DNA of 64,000 nt from Macrostomum lignano. Lineage: Eukaryota. Location of the stretch: contig NIVC01000942.1 in NCBI GenBank assembly GCA_002269645.1, forward strand, positions 62,001-126,000. The letters are read 5' to 3'. Below the pieces are notes generated by a model that saw only the letters and a program-made list of their open reading frames with translations, searched no databases and was not told where the DNA came from. This document shows, one piece after another, positions 36,190 to 48,521 of this stretch. Made by a program: the position numbers and the translations under genes. Each line of letters opens with the position of its first letter. Position 1 is the stretch's first letter.

Positions 36190-39180
36190 CTAACAGTTAG
36201 AGAAGGGCGCGTCAGATGGCGCGCCGCAGAGCCTGAGAGCGGACAAAGTACGCCCCATTGGCAATGTCATGTGCCCCAGCGTCGGATAGGAGGCAGTCCA
36301 CGTATCGACGGGTTTGGGCCTGACCAGAACTGAATGAGCCATGCAAAGTGAGCAGCAGGACGTCCTGAACAGGTGGGGACAGTAGCCCTCGGCCCGGATC
36401 ACGTGGATCGTCAGTTGAAGTCGCCGACGGCGCAGGATGATGGAGGAGCGCTGCAGTTTGGCCCAATCGTATAGGGCCTCGGTCCCGACACTCGTCAGCT
36501 CGAAAGGCCGCATGGAGCAGCCCTGAGTGCGCTGAGTCCAAGTGCCGCTCCAACGTAGCCGACAGCGTCCACGTCTCGGCGTTGTATAGCAGGACCGTTT
36601 CGACCACTGCCTGCCACAGCCACAGCTTCTCTGGCGGTCGGGCAGCGCTTCTGACTGAAGGACGTGTTGGATCGTTTGGAAAGCCGGCCAGGCAAGTCCT
36701 CTGAGTCGCCGGAGGTCTTCCTCCATGTGGCGCACCAGACCGCCGAGGTAGGTGAACCGCTGGCAGCGTGCGAGCCTGGTTCTGCCCGTCTGCGCCTCGG
36801 CAAGTCTGGTCGGCTAGCGCAGTCAGCACCTTGATCTTCAGCGTGTTGACAACCAGATCGACACTCGATGCCACCTTGACCAGCCTATCGATCTGGCACT
36901 GCGTGCCTTCAACGGACGAGGACAGGAGGGCGAGGTCTTTGGCGTAGCTAAGCACGCCCAGGCGCTTTTCGCCGTGGCGGCGACCGATGCGTCTGCGAAG
37001 CAGGAAACCATCATCAGCCGCGAGGGGAGTGCGGTCCGAAGCACCCAGTCCAGCAGCAGGACGAAGAGGAACGGCGCCAGCGCGTCGCCCTGCAGAACTC
37101 CCAATGAAGTGTCAAACAGGTCAGACAGGCCGTCCGCCGTCACCACAGCAGCTCGAGTGTCGCAATACAGCGACATGACTGCGTTAGTTAGCTTCTGCGG
37201 GACCCGGTGAGCTCAAAGGACAAAAGGAAGCTCGGCTCTCAACACTGAGTCGGACGCCTTTCGAAAGTCAACGAAGACAATGATCAGCGTAGACTGGCGG
37301 TGCGCGTCTCATCGATTACATGGCGGAGTGCGAGGATCTGTCACTGTATCGCGTTGCGGCCGGAATCCGTTCTGCTCGTACCGCAGATAATGGTCCAGCA
37401 CCGACTGCAGGCGATCGAGTAGCAACCGGTTGAAGACCTACGCCGTGCAAGACATCAGCGAGATCCCGCGGTGGTCTTCCTTCCGCGTTGTCCCTGCCTT
37501 CGTCTGGCGCGAGCGCCTTGCCGCCTCGTGTTTTCCAAACAAACAGCACAACGAGCTCCGTGGTGACTGGGCTGGAGCAGAAGTCCTTCTCATCTGGAAG
37601 CGGCGTGTCTAGTGGGAGCGCAAAACTGGCGGGCAGCGGCGACGCCGGTGGGTTCACGTTGACGGCGACGAAGTCGCACAATTCCTTCCTTCGCTCCTCC
37701 GGGGTGTCGCCGGCCAAGTTCAGCGCCACGCGCTTTCAGCACCCCGTCAGAGTCCGGACGGCCGTCCACACTACGCGACTCTTCACGTCGGGGCCGGCTG
37801 CAGTGATGGTCCGGATCGCGTCGTCGACAGCATTCTGCTGCCTCTCGTCTAGAAGGCGCTCAAACACGTCTTCAGCGTTGCCCGTGGGCCGCCGGTTTCT
37901 GCGGAGTCGCTCGATATTAAGCTGCGCCTGCCTGATGGTCGGGTCGCTCTGCCAGACAGGCAGCGATTTCTGCGCCGGCCGCATCAGCGTGACTGTCTGC
38001 TCCGCAGCGACTCTAGTGGTGGTGCTGATGTCGGAATACTCCGCCTCGCTCTGGTCTCCAAGCGCGCCGACGAAGGCGCCCGCGAATTGACGCTTCACGT
38101 GGGTGTCCAACAGAGCGCGATATTAGCGTCGTGGCCGCTGCTTTGGCGGTCGGTAGAGCTGGTCGCGGAGCCGCAGGTCGCAGAGCAGGAGTCGGTGGTC
38201 TGACCGGAGAGCCAGTGGAGCCATGGTGTCGCAGTTGGTGAGGCGGCGGTGCGAACCAGAGCATGATCGAGCTGCGCCAGTCTCCTCGTAGCGTTCCGCC
38301 CGCTTGCGTTCCGCCGCCTTCTCGATAGAGAGCTCGCAAAGGTGACCAGGCGGGCAGGGGGCTTGCGGAACTGGGTGTTCGCGGACTCCAGGTCCAGCCG
38401 GTCAAGCAGGTCCTCCAGCGCATCAGCGTAGACGTTCTCGCGTCCCTCAACAAAGGGCGAGCGCTCGGACCTCCCGCGGAACTGCGTTCATGTCTTCGAG
38501 CACTGTTAGCGTTTTGCGGTTTGGCACGAGCCTCCTCGAGGTGATCAGCGGTGGGTGCATACGCGCAGAGCAGCCGAATGCAGCGGCCACGCAGGCGCAG
38601 GTCGACCCGCATCAGTCGCAGGGAGAGCGAAGTGCAGTGCACACTCAGCTGAAGGCGCGGTCCGATCAGTACGCCGACATTGCCCGGCCGCGGTCGTCTG
38701 CGGACGTGTACAGGATGCTCCAGCCGGCCCCGAAGTCCTCAGAGTAGAGCACCGGCTCAGCCACGATAGAAAACTTCGTGCAGCATGATGAGGTCCAGAT
38801 GTAGGTCATGGGTCAGCTGGACGAGGATCATGCGACGCCAGGGGGGCATTAGAGTTAGGCAGTTCATCGTGCCGAGTCTGAGGCGCGTCCACCTGGTACA
38901 GCTAGGGCCAGATGAAGATTGGCCTTCAAACCGCGCCAGCCGGCGGATCCATAGTGGGAATTGCAGGGACTGGCGCAACAGGCAACAGGCGCCTGGCCGC
39001 GCCACGAGTCGCCCTCGCCGGTTGAGCTCGCGCCGCCGCTCAGCGCCGACCTCTGAGTGTCCCTGGTGTACGAGCTACTGAGCTTTGCTGCCGCAGCCGA
39101 GGCGCGGCCGTCCGAGCCAACCGAGGTCATGCGCAGTCTGGTGATCTGGCCGCGATGTCAGGAGGTGTCAGCACTATTTG
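36190..39180 (-). mobile_element. Decayed non-LTR retrotransposon (RTE-like LINE): APE endonuclease plus reverse transcriptase with many frameshifts
   Basis: APE fragments (LIMLHE, IRLLCAYAPTA, SDHRLL). RT motifs FVDFRKASDSV, GVLQGDALAPFLFVLLLDWVLR, LSYAKDLALL (YADD degenerate). C-terminal VVETVLLYNAETWTL. Ends are approximate and no TSD was identified. Confidence 0.88.
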
Positions 39181-39508
39181 CACGGGCGTGCAAATATTGG
39201 CGTGGGCGTGCAAATAAAATGGTTTGCAAATACACTGGCTTGGAAATATAATGGCTTGCAAATAAATTGGCTCGCAAATATAATGGCTCCGTCAATTTTC
39301 TTCAAGCTTTCATGAAATTACCATGATTCTCCGAGTGCTCATTAGCACAATAAAACGCACCTAAACGCTTTCCTATTTGGCTGGGAAAAGGACCATCCCG
39401 CGCTTGTCGCAGGAAATTTATCCTCAGGATAGGCGCGAAAAAAACATAAAAACCTATTTCCCTGGCTCTTGAGGCTCTGACTTTGCCATATGCGAATTCA
39501 ATGGCAAA

Positions 39509-40485
39509 ATGCAGCTCACTGTGATTCTAAGCCTGTCGCTGGGAATTTTTGCTGCAGTCGAAGGCACCAACATTTCGCAGTGGATTCGAGTTCGAGACGA
39601 CCTGCTCGGCGAGTACACCGAAATCGGAGCCGTGGCTGCCTCAAATGCCGTCGCGTGCTGCTCGAGCGGAATGACGGCTGCACACGCGGTGCAGTTCGAT
39701 GAGGCTCAGAGACTGTGCCGACTGTTCGCGTGTCGCGGAGGCTGGCGCGGATGCAGGAAGTGCAGAAATGCTGCGAACTCCAGCCTGCCGCATGTCTGGG
39801 TGAGCTGATTAGTTCTAGTCTCCATGATTTCGTTGAAGCCGTCTCAGCTTCTACTGGATGACGGGAACTGCTCACATTTCAGGTTCGAAATCTGGGAGAC
39901 GGTCGCTCTTGCTGGCGGACATTCCAGCACCGAGTGGACGCCTCCGTCAATTTCAACGAAAGCTGGGCCAAATACGCGAGCGGCTTCGGTCAGGGCGAGA
40001 ACGCGAACTTCTGGATCGGACTGGACAATCTGCACCTGCTCACGAGAGACGCCGCTCTCCCTGTTCGATGGGAGTTCAGCGACTGGAACGGAACTCTGAA
40101 CTGGATGGAGAACGCCTTCTTTCAAGTCGAAAGCGCGACTACAAAGTACAGAGTGAGCGTCGGAGAGCAGCTGATGGACAGGTCGACTGTGAAGCAGTGC
40201 TCCACCAGTAGCGAATCGGACATGAACGGTATGAAGTTTTCAACCCGAGATCAGGACAATGATCGTGATGAAGGCAGCTGTGCTGTCCGTCATAACGGAG
40301 GCTGGTGGATGCAGGCCTGCTACTGCATGAACCCCAACGGTCCGTACGTCAGCCCGCCTGCCGCGCTGTACCTCACAGATTACGCGCAGGGAATATGTCT
40401 GAAAAATGACGCCTTTGTATTTCCGTGGAACAATCGGTACTCCCTGAAGACGTTTGAGTGTCTGCTGATGGTTGATGGGAGCTAA
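39509..40485 (+). CDS. PAN-like + FReD protein, copy 3: join(39509..39799,39883..40485)
   Basis: Same structure as copies 1 and 2; signal peptide MQLTVILSLSLGIFAAVEG; intact frame. Confidence 0.88.
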
Positions 40486-41525
40486 AATTACGTGACGTAT
40501 TTTAAACTATCAATCACTTGACCGACTGGAGACAGCTCTATAATCATTCAATTGCTAACTTACACTCTCTGCAAATCAAAGCGACGTTGATCAAATTTGT
40601 GATCTAAAGAATTGTGTGGGTTAATTATTTTTAATAACATCGAGTTTAATAAATCATTGGAACTGTTGCCGAGAATTTCATTAATAGCTTGGCTTAATTA
40701 AGCAGAGTTTCTTTGCAAGCCAAGCAAAAATCGCCTACAAAATATGCTTGGGGCGTCGAGTTGCGTTGGCTTCGTTCATTCCATCAGAATGCGTTTAGAT
40801 TTTTCAACTATATTTCTGTCAATGTCCTGTTGTCTGCCAGCTTTTACTTCAAATCCTCATTTCACTCTCGCTATTTAGCAATTCATTACTTCTAGTGGGG
40901 CTTTTGTCTCTGCACCATTCCTTTCACTCGAGAGCATGTCTTGCCTCTCAGCTATTTTCTTTTAATGCGTAAAAACTTTTCTCTGAATACGAATAGCGTA
41001 TGATGGACAGGTCAGATCAAGACCTCTGCTCACCAATAGCATTTTTTGGCTCGAGTCAATTTTTAGGCATCGTCTGTGGAAAAAACATTTAGACTTTTCA
41101 GTAGTTTTAGCTCTGTTTTTATTTATTACGGTGAATTTGAAAATTGACTAAGTTGAGCATCAAATAACTAACACAAAATATAGATTTCAACTGGCACGTG
41201 ACGAACAGATAAGGAATGTACGCTCGTAGCTAGCACAAAGTTCATTCATTCTATTATGAAATACAAATTCTTTTACGTACATTAAATTTGATGATAACAA
41301 GCGCTCAATCGATGTACTCTGTACTGTGAAGAGCTTTACAGCCCCTCCAACCAATCACGGTTAAGATTCGCATTCTTCATGCGTACATTAGGGACAGAAA
41401 GTACACGGCTAAATCAGTCTGATTGCCCTAAAATTCGTTGACAGATCTGCGGGGCAAGGCGGTGCCAGGTGCCAGTGTTTTCTTTGCATCGTCAAGTCAG
41501 GCCTGGGACATTGGAATCTTCAACC

Positions 41526-43048
41526 ATGAGCTGCTGCTGCTGTTGTTACAGACGCCAAGTCAAAGAGATCAAAGTCAGGGCGGTGTCTACAGAAGCCACC
41601 CGCGGCAAGGTGGCTGATCACTGCATGAACATCTCTGCCGAGAAGCAGCAGGTCTTTAATTCAGCTCTGCTGTCGCTGATCAACGCCAAACGCAAGGAAT
41701 GTCACGTGCAGCCGTTAATCCTGTGCCCCACTCTGTGCAAGGTGGCCAAGACCGTGTGGAATGCCAGGGCCCAGGTGCCGCACGGCCTGTACGCCATTCC
41801 TAACAACGGCTTCGAAGTGATTGTTGAAGTGAACAAGGTCGGGCAGCGGGAAAGCAAGACTCAGGCCTACTTTGTTGACTGCATGTCCTATACTGATAAT
41901 GTTGTCCGGTCGAAGCGGGACCTGCCAGGGGCTGTGTTTCACTTCTGGACAAACGAAGGAAAGTAAGTCTAGTTTAGCAGTTTATTCAGGTAGATCTTGT
42001 TTGTTAGTTTATTTAGGTAAATCTAGTTTGGTAGTTTATTCAGGTAAATCTAGTTTGGTAGTTTATTCAGGTAAATCTAGTTTGTTAGTTTATTCAGGTA
42101 AATCTAGTTTGATAGTTTATTCAGGTAAATCTAGTTTGTTAGTTTATTTAGGTAAATCTAGTTTGGTAGTTTATTCAGGTAAATCTAGTTTGTTAGTTTA
42201 TTCAGGTAAATCTAGTTTGGTAGTTTATTCAGGTAAATCTAGTTTGGTAGTTTATTCAGGTAAATCTACTTTGTTAGTTTATTCAGGTAAATCTAGTTTG
42301 GTAGTTTATTTAGGTAAATCTAGTTTGTTAGTTTATTCAGGTAAATCTAGTTTGGTAGTTTATTCAGGTAAATCTAGTTTGTTAGTTTATTCAGGTAAAT
42401 CTAGTTTGGTAGTTTATTCAGGTAAATCTAGTTTGGTAGTTTATTCAGGTAAATCTAGTTTGTTAGTTTATTCAGGTAAATCTAGTTTGGTAGTTTATTT
42501 AGGTAAATCTAGTTTGTTAGTTTATTCAGGTAAATCTACTTTGTTAGTTTATTCAGGTAAATCTAGTTTGTTAGTTTATTCAGGTAAATCTACTTTGTTA
42601 GTTTATTCAGGTAAATCTAGTTTGTTAGTTTATTCAGGTAAATCTAGTTTGGTAGTTTATTTAGGTAAATCTAGTTTGGTAGTTTATTCAGGTAAATCTA
42701 GTTTGTTAGTTTATTCAGGTAAATCTAGTTTGGTAGTTAATTTAAGACAGAGGTCAGTAACGCGGACATCTTCAAAGTCTCCATCCTCGCCGCCCTCTGC
42801 TCAGGTACACCACGAGCCAGCCCAGCAAGGGGCCGCTGTCCGAAAGCTACCCGGAACTCGACAAAGAAGCCCGCGCCAGCCTGGCAAAGTGCCGCGGCCA
42901 GTTCCTGCCGATGCTGCTGGGCCAGGGTGACTTCGCCAACCAGCGAATCGGCCTGCATCTTGGCCGCTCCAACCGGAGGCTGAGGTCGGCCCGCGAGCCC
43001 TACAGTGTGGTGGCCGTGTTCGATCAGAAGGACCTGGCTGACTTCTGA
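41526..43048 (+). CDS. Divergent CAP/SCP (GAPR-1/GLIPR2-like) protein A: join(41526..41962,42805..43048)
   Basis: FNSALLSLINAKRKECHVQPLILCPTLCKVA resembles GAPR-1 helix 1 (F...L..hN.yR..h...PL.L...L...A). VFHFWTNEGKY matches the conserved W..E...Y. GQFLPMLL..RIGLHLG and PYSVVAVF match GHFT.mvW...iG.G and vVA.Y. Phase-2 GT-AG intron. N-terminus MSCCCCC, no signal peptide. Confidence 0.7.
41985..42740. repeat. 27-bp minisatellite (GTAGTTTATTCAGGTAAATCTAGTTTG), about 28 copies, filling the intron of CAP gene A
   Basis: Direct; it explains the VVYSGKSSL ORF. Confidence 0.93.
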
Positions 43049-43321
43049 GTTTCAACTGACCCCTGCTCACAATGACTCATCTTTTATACACCTTCCTAGA
43101 TTTTAATCCACAAGTACAGTTTGCGAGAATTTTGAGCTCCATCTGTCTTACTGAATTACATCTTGTTAACTTGGCATGTTAAATAAAAATTGTGTGAATT
43201 TTTGTGGAAAAATTAATAAAACATTCGAAAAATTATGCCTTCTATTGTGTCAGATGCTGAGTATGCAAAAATCTCTTAATTATAACTCTTTTTGTAATCG
43301 GTAGAAAATTCATACTCAAGC

Positions 43322-43652
43322 TGCAGGATCATGGGGAGGGTAGCGGCTCCCGGTGCAGGATTATGGGGAGGGTAGCGGCTCCCGGTGCAGGATCATTGGG
43401 AGGGTAGCGGCTCCCGGTGCAGGATCATTGGGAGGGTAGCGGCTCCCGGTGCAGGATCATTGGGAGGGTAGCGGCTCCCGGTGCATTATCATGGGGAGGG
43501 TAGCAGCTCCCGGTGCAGGATCATGGGGAGGGGAGCGGCTCCCGGTGCAGGATCATGGGGAGGGTAGCGGCTCCCGGCGCAGGATCATGGGGAGGATTAG
43601 CGGCTCCCGGTGCAGGATCATGGGGAGGGTAGCGGCTCCCGGTGCAGGATCA
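43322..43652. repeat. 32-bp minisatellite (GCAGGATCATGGGGAGGGTAGCGGCTCCCGGT), about 10 copies
   Basis: Direct tandem units. Confidence 0.9.
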
Positions 43653-44170
43653 CAGGGGCGCCCGCTAATTAATGATGCGAGCTATAATTAATCATATATG
43701 AGTAAGGAATTATATATTTAACAAATTTGTGATTCATTTTTTCATAAGCAGCATCTCCTCTTGATGTTTCGAGAAGCTAAAGGCACGCGCTGTCCTAAAA
43801 TTGAGTCAGGCTCTAAATAAAATTGACTTCAACTAATGAGGTGTTGTTAGCAAACCCTTTTTTACACATTTACAAACCTCAATACAGATGAACTTCAGTG
43901 ATTTTTGGCATTGGATTAAAGAGAGAGAAAGAGAGTTGTTATCATGTAGAGGGGTGGCGGCCTCGGACCGACCATCCACCCAACCCCAGCCAATCAGCGT
44001 GCACTACCTCTTGTAAAATGAGTTTTGTACACCTGCTTGTACGCCGTTTGTCATTAAAATTCCAAAACCAAGAACGTGCAGTGCATTCTTTAAAACCTCA
44101 AGCTGCGAGCTTCTGTCAGCTTCTTGGCAAACGAGAGACAATTCGACGGCTTGTGAAGGTCTTTGCAGCA

Positions 44171-44901
44171 ATGAGCTCTATGTACAAAAGGACTAAACCA
44201 GAAGTCCCGACGACTCAGGAACACGAAGAAGTCTTGAATGTTAATGTCTGTCGTCCCATTTCACAGAAGAAACGGGCCGCTTTCAACGAGGCCCTGGTGT
44301 CGCTAATCAACGCCAAGAGACGAGAGTTCCTGGGTCCGCTCGTGCAGCTCAATGAGCAGCTGTGCAAGATCGCCGAAAAAGCCTGGAACGTCTCGGCCAA
44401 GCAGCCGCATGGCCTGGTAGCCATGCCGTACAACCAGTTCTTGGCCCCTGACTACACAGGTAAGGCCAATTCAGACTCCGGGGAAGGGAAGTTCTACGAC
44501 TGCTTGTCCTACACGGACAATGTCATCCGGTCGAAGCGAGAGCTACCAGAGGCGGCCGTTCACTTCTGGACTACCTGTGGCAGGTAATGCGTCATGATTA
44601 ATGAGCTTAGCTAAGGACTTGAGTCATAGTAAAAATAAATTCGCTACTTGCTTACATGCAACCCTACCATTTTTCCTGCAGGTACACGTCCCGACCGGGG
44701 AAGCGTGCTCTACCGCAGAGCTATCCACCGATCGATGAGACATTTCGCGCGGAGCTGGAGAAATGCCGGGGCTCCTTTTTTCTAATATTGGCAGGCCAGT
44801 GGAAATTCTCTGCCAACAGGCGAATCGGCGTGCACTTCGGCAAGCTGAGTCTGTGCTCATCCAGCAAAACGCCCTACAGTGTTGTTGTCGTGTTCGGCTA
44901 A
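44171..44901 (+). CDS. Divergent CAP/SCP protein B: join(44171..44583,44682..44901)
   Basis: Paralog of gene A: FNEALVSLINAKRR, DCLSYTDNVIRSKRELPEAAVHFW, RIGVHFG, PYSVVVVF. Same phase-2 intron position. Confidence 0.72.
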
Positions 44902-46297
44902 TAATTCTGGGAAAGGGGAAGGCGTGCGGCAACTTCAACTCTCGTACCTCATTTACATCATTCTGGGCCATGTTTTCTAAGAACTAATCTTAGAATCTTA
45001 GAAAATTTTTTTTAGACCAATTGTATTCAAACCATTTTACACGGCCATTTTAAATCCGTAACCAAATACACAGACTGCAGACTGCAGCTCTTGTTATCGC
45101 TTTCGCAAATGCTTCGATTATATAGATTTTATGTACTTTTCTGTTTTTTTCTTAGATTTACGAGTGACTCTGCCGACTTCGTTATCAACGGGAATGTTTT
45201 CATTTAACAATTTGGTTGCCAAGGCAAGACAAGGAGCAGCTGTGCAAGGGAACACTGACGATGGGCGGATTTGAAAGCATTTGGTGAAGAGACCATGAGT
45301 TGTTTGAAGAGATGCAGATTAAAACCTTCCAAGGGTTGAGTACTGCACAGTTTACGAGCTACCTTAAATTTCATTCAAAATCCAATTCACTTTAGACAAA
45401 CGGAAGTTCAACTTCGACAGTTCCAGCTCTGTACATGTAAATCTACATTCATTTTAGCCAAACTCCTTCTCAATATCGGCAGCAAGCGCAAATTTATATG
45501 TTCATTTTCTGTGCAAAAAGCTAACATTTAAGCATCAACTGAGCATCAAATTGCAGCAGATGTAAGTTTCAGCAAGACAACATGAGCTGGGACCCAAGCA
45601 CAGCTGGAATAAAATACCTCCCCGCCGGCGGAGGGGTCGGCGCCCACCCAACCAAAACGAGACAGGGAGTACACATGCGGCGGGGGGCACACAGAAAGAG
45701 CGTGCTTGGGTACAATGTACATGTAAAATCGGTTTGCTCAGGTGCAAGCCCTCAAATGTCCAAATGTCCTACTGACTAAATTGAGTGTAGGCTGACGATT
45801 TTGGACGTAATTTGACGAAAGTGAATCAGAGTTTATAGAAGTTGCGTCAACAGACTGTCGATATGAACTGGAGTTTGACGAAATGGTGTTGTGAATGGTG
45901 GCCCGATTACCGATTGAGGAGTGGAGTAAGCACGTTACACTGCACTACTTTGAGACCTATTAAAATATGGTTTGATCGAGTCAGTAGTAACGTACGACCA
46001 TGTCCATTGCAAATGTACACCAATCCCCAAGACCATTGTCGGTTGTAGAGTCGTGTGGTTTGATGGCATTTGAAAATGCCCCCCGTCATGCCTTTTTTGC
46101 TTATATCATAGAAAACTCGCTAATCCAACAAGCCAGCCTTGTAGCCACGCAGCCCCTCTCTGATTGGCTCACCCGCGGGTCCCATTTTTAATAAACAGCC
46201 GAGACTCCAATAAAAAAGCGCCCAGACCGGCTCTGCAGGCGTCAATCAATCAAACTACAGGCCCTCATCTATACGGCCAGATTTATCAAAGGTCAAA

Positions 46298-47318
46298 ATG
46301 AGACCGCCGCAACTTCAAAATTCCGAAATGCAGAAATTCAAGGAGAATAAAAGTCCCCATCAAAGACGCGACCAAACGCCCAACCGCAGTCGGAGCCTGA
46401 ATCACCGCAGAAGTTCTCGTGAAAATCGGGCTCCGAGCCGGAGTCCGACTCCCAATGGTTCTCCAACACAAAAACACCACCCGCACGCGCGTTCCAGACG
46501 CAGCAGATCGCAGTCCATCTCGCAGTCTGGCACTGAAGAGATCAATGCCCGCGACAAGTCAGAGAGCGAGTACGATCCGGAGCTCAGCAATGCCACTAGG
46601 TTGAAGAATCAAAATGAATACAAACTGGAGTTCTTCGGCGGTCGGTACAGCGGCTTCTGGAAGAAACATTATGGCTCCATCTCTAAAGAGAAACGAAGGG
46701 TGTTCAACGAGTCGCTGGTTTCCTTGATAAACAGCTTGAGACGGCGCTATGGCCAGAGGCTTCGACCGTTGGTCCTGAGCCGCGACCTGTGCCGCGGTGC
46801 CAAAGCCGTGTGGTCTGAACGGGCCCAGACAACCGCTGGTCTGACATTCACCGCTGAGACCCGGTACGAACTCCGCTTCACAGTGAATCACAGCGGCGCT
46901 TCTTTCGACAGACTGGAGATTGTCGACTGCCTTCTGTTTACAGACGTCGCTGTTCGCGCAAAGAGCGACCTGCCTGAGGCAGTTTTTCACTATTGGGTCG
47001 AGGGCAGGTGAGTTTAAAAGTGTGATTTTGTCGCTGTGTTCCTGTTTTACCGGAACCTTTTTTATTTTTCACAGGCACACCGACAAACCTGGCAAGCGGC
47101 CCCTGCCGCCCGGAACCAACAATTCCACAGTAGGCGGCACCGCCCGGAGCGAGTCTGAGAAGGCCTCCAAAGTGCGCGGCTACCGGCAGCTGCTGCTTAT
47201 GTCGAAGTGCCGTTACATCGGCCTACACTTTGCCAAGTTTCGGAAGCATCACGCGGTGCACTCCAACGAGCCGTTCAGCGTTGTGGCCTTGCTGTCTGAG
47301 CAGGACTTGATGCGGTAG
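46298..47318 (+). CDS. Divergent CAP/SCP protein C with an Arg/Ser-rich N-terminal extension: join(46298..47007,47075..47318)
   Basis: FNESLVSLINSLRRR, DCLLFTD..VRAKSDLPEAVFHYW, YIGLHFA, PFSVVALL. Same phase-2 intron. Confidence 0.72.
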
Positions 47319-47759
47319 CTGCATCTCCAGATTTACTGAACTCTTTTCGACGACAGAGCAAATTTTTTATTCCCTCGTTTTTGCATGATTGCATTTTATG
47401 TCCTGCTACTCCAATAAAACAAATATATTCGACGGACTGACTTCTCATAACTCGTTTTACAGACCTTGCATGGTCAAATTAGAGTTTTGCATCACTGAGT
47501 CTGCTATTTAAAAACGACAAATATACTTGTAAGCAATATTTGGATCGTTAATTATTTTAATCGCAATAAATCCAAGTTAATTTGATTGTCTGGCTCCATC
47601 CTGACATTCTTTTGGGCTATCAAAACAAATTTTCCCCGAAAATTAGAGCATTACATTCATTTGAAGTGATAATGAAGACGCAGGAAAATTCTCATGACAG
47701 CCTAGTCAGACAAAGACCGGCCAACAAAAAGAGACAGATGGACAGAGACAGGTACAGAC

Positions 47760-48191
47760 AGACAAGTAGAGACAGACAAGCAGAGACAGACAGACGGAGA
47801 CATGCTTGAAAGTCAGCATGCGCCTCTTAAAAACCGATTTGAAAGTACATTTGAAATTTTAATGACAATAATAATAATAGCAATAATAACTAATTATTTT
47901 ATAATCGATCACACCAGCCCTAATGGGCAGATGTGCAACCTACAGCTCAGCCGCAGCTATTGCGCGGCGCATTGACGGCTGTGTACGGCTGTTCAGTCCA
48001 AAGACTGGGGGTCGCCACACACACACCCTCAATTATCCCAGCGAATGCTGTCACCCATTTTTTACAGCTGGGTGAACTGAAGCAATGCAGAGTATAGTGT
48101 CTTGCTCAAGGACACAAATTGTTCCAGTGGGATCGGGATTCGAACCCCGGACATTCAAGTCGTGAGTCAGACGCTCTAACCACTAGGCTAC
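47760..48191 (-). mobile_element. tRNA-derived SINE with a conserved central domain and a (TAT)n tail
   Basis: The minus strand begins GGGTTTGTAGCCTAGTGGTTAGAGCGTCTGACTCACGACTTGAATGTCCGGGGTTCGAATCCCG: A and B boxes present, anticodon and T stems broken. It continues TTGTGTCCTTGAGCAAGACAC...CCCAGCTGTAAAAAATGGGT, the type of core seen in metazoan SINE superfamilies. Confidence 0.7.
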
Positions 48192-48521
48192 AAACCCGTA
48201 TGAAATAGGAAAATGCTCATTTATACTGCCATCAGATGTGAGCATTTACGCGTCTCACTAGACTGTAAATTCTCGTAAACTGGACTTTATGTTTTCATAG
48301 GCCTAAATCATTTTTTTAGCAAAAACAATGTGCAGCTTCTAAATTTAGAAAACATCATCAAGGGGAGAGAGGTTAAGTGCACCGGCCCCCCTCTCCTCGA
48401 TGCATGTACATGCCAATATGGTTATGCATAGTATTGCGTCATCAGGCCAATTTCAACCGCGTATAAAACTTGAACCATTGGACAGTGTTGAGCACAAGTC
48501 TTCAGACTCCTGTTTAGCAAA

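Noticed and set aside
41872-42930. 352-aa ORF with VVYSGKSSL repeats (P-loop-like GKS)
   Set aside because: Intronic 27-bp minisatellite; the GKS is not in a Walker A context.
43898-44170. Long N-terminal extension of CAP gene B in the ORF track
   Set aside because: Starts at a non-ATG codon and has non-coding-like composition; the ATG at 44171 (MSSM) matches paralog D.
48120-48191. tRNA gene (CAC anticodon, minus strand)
   Set aside because: Anticodon and T stems do not pair and the sequence runs into a SINE body, so it is treated as a SINE head.
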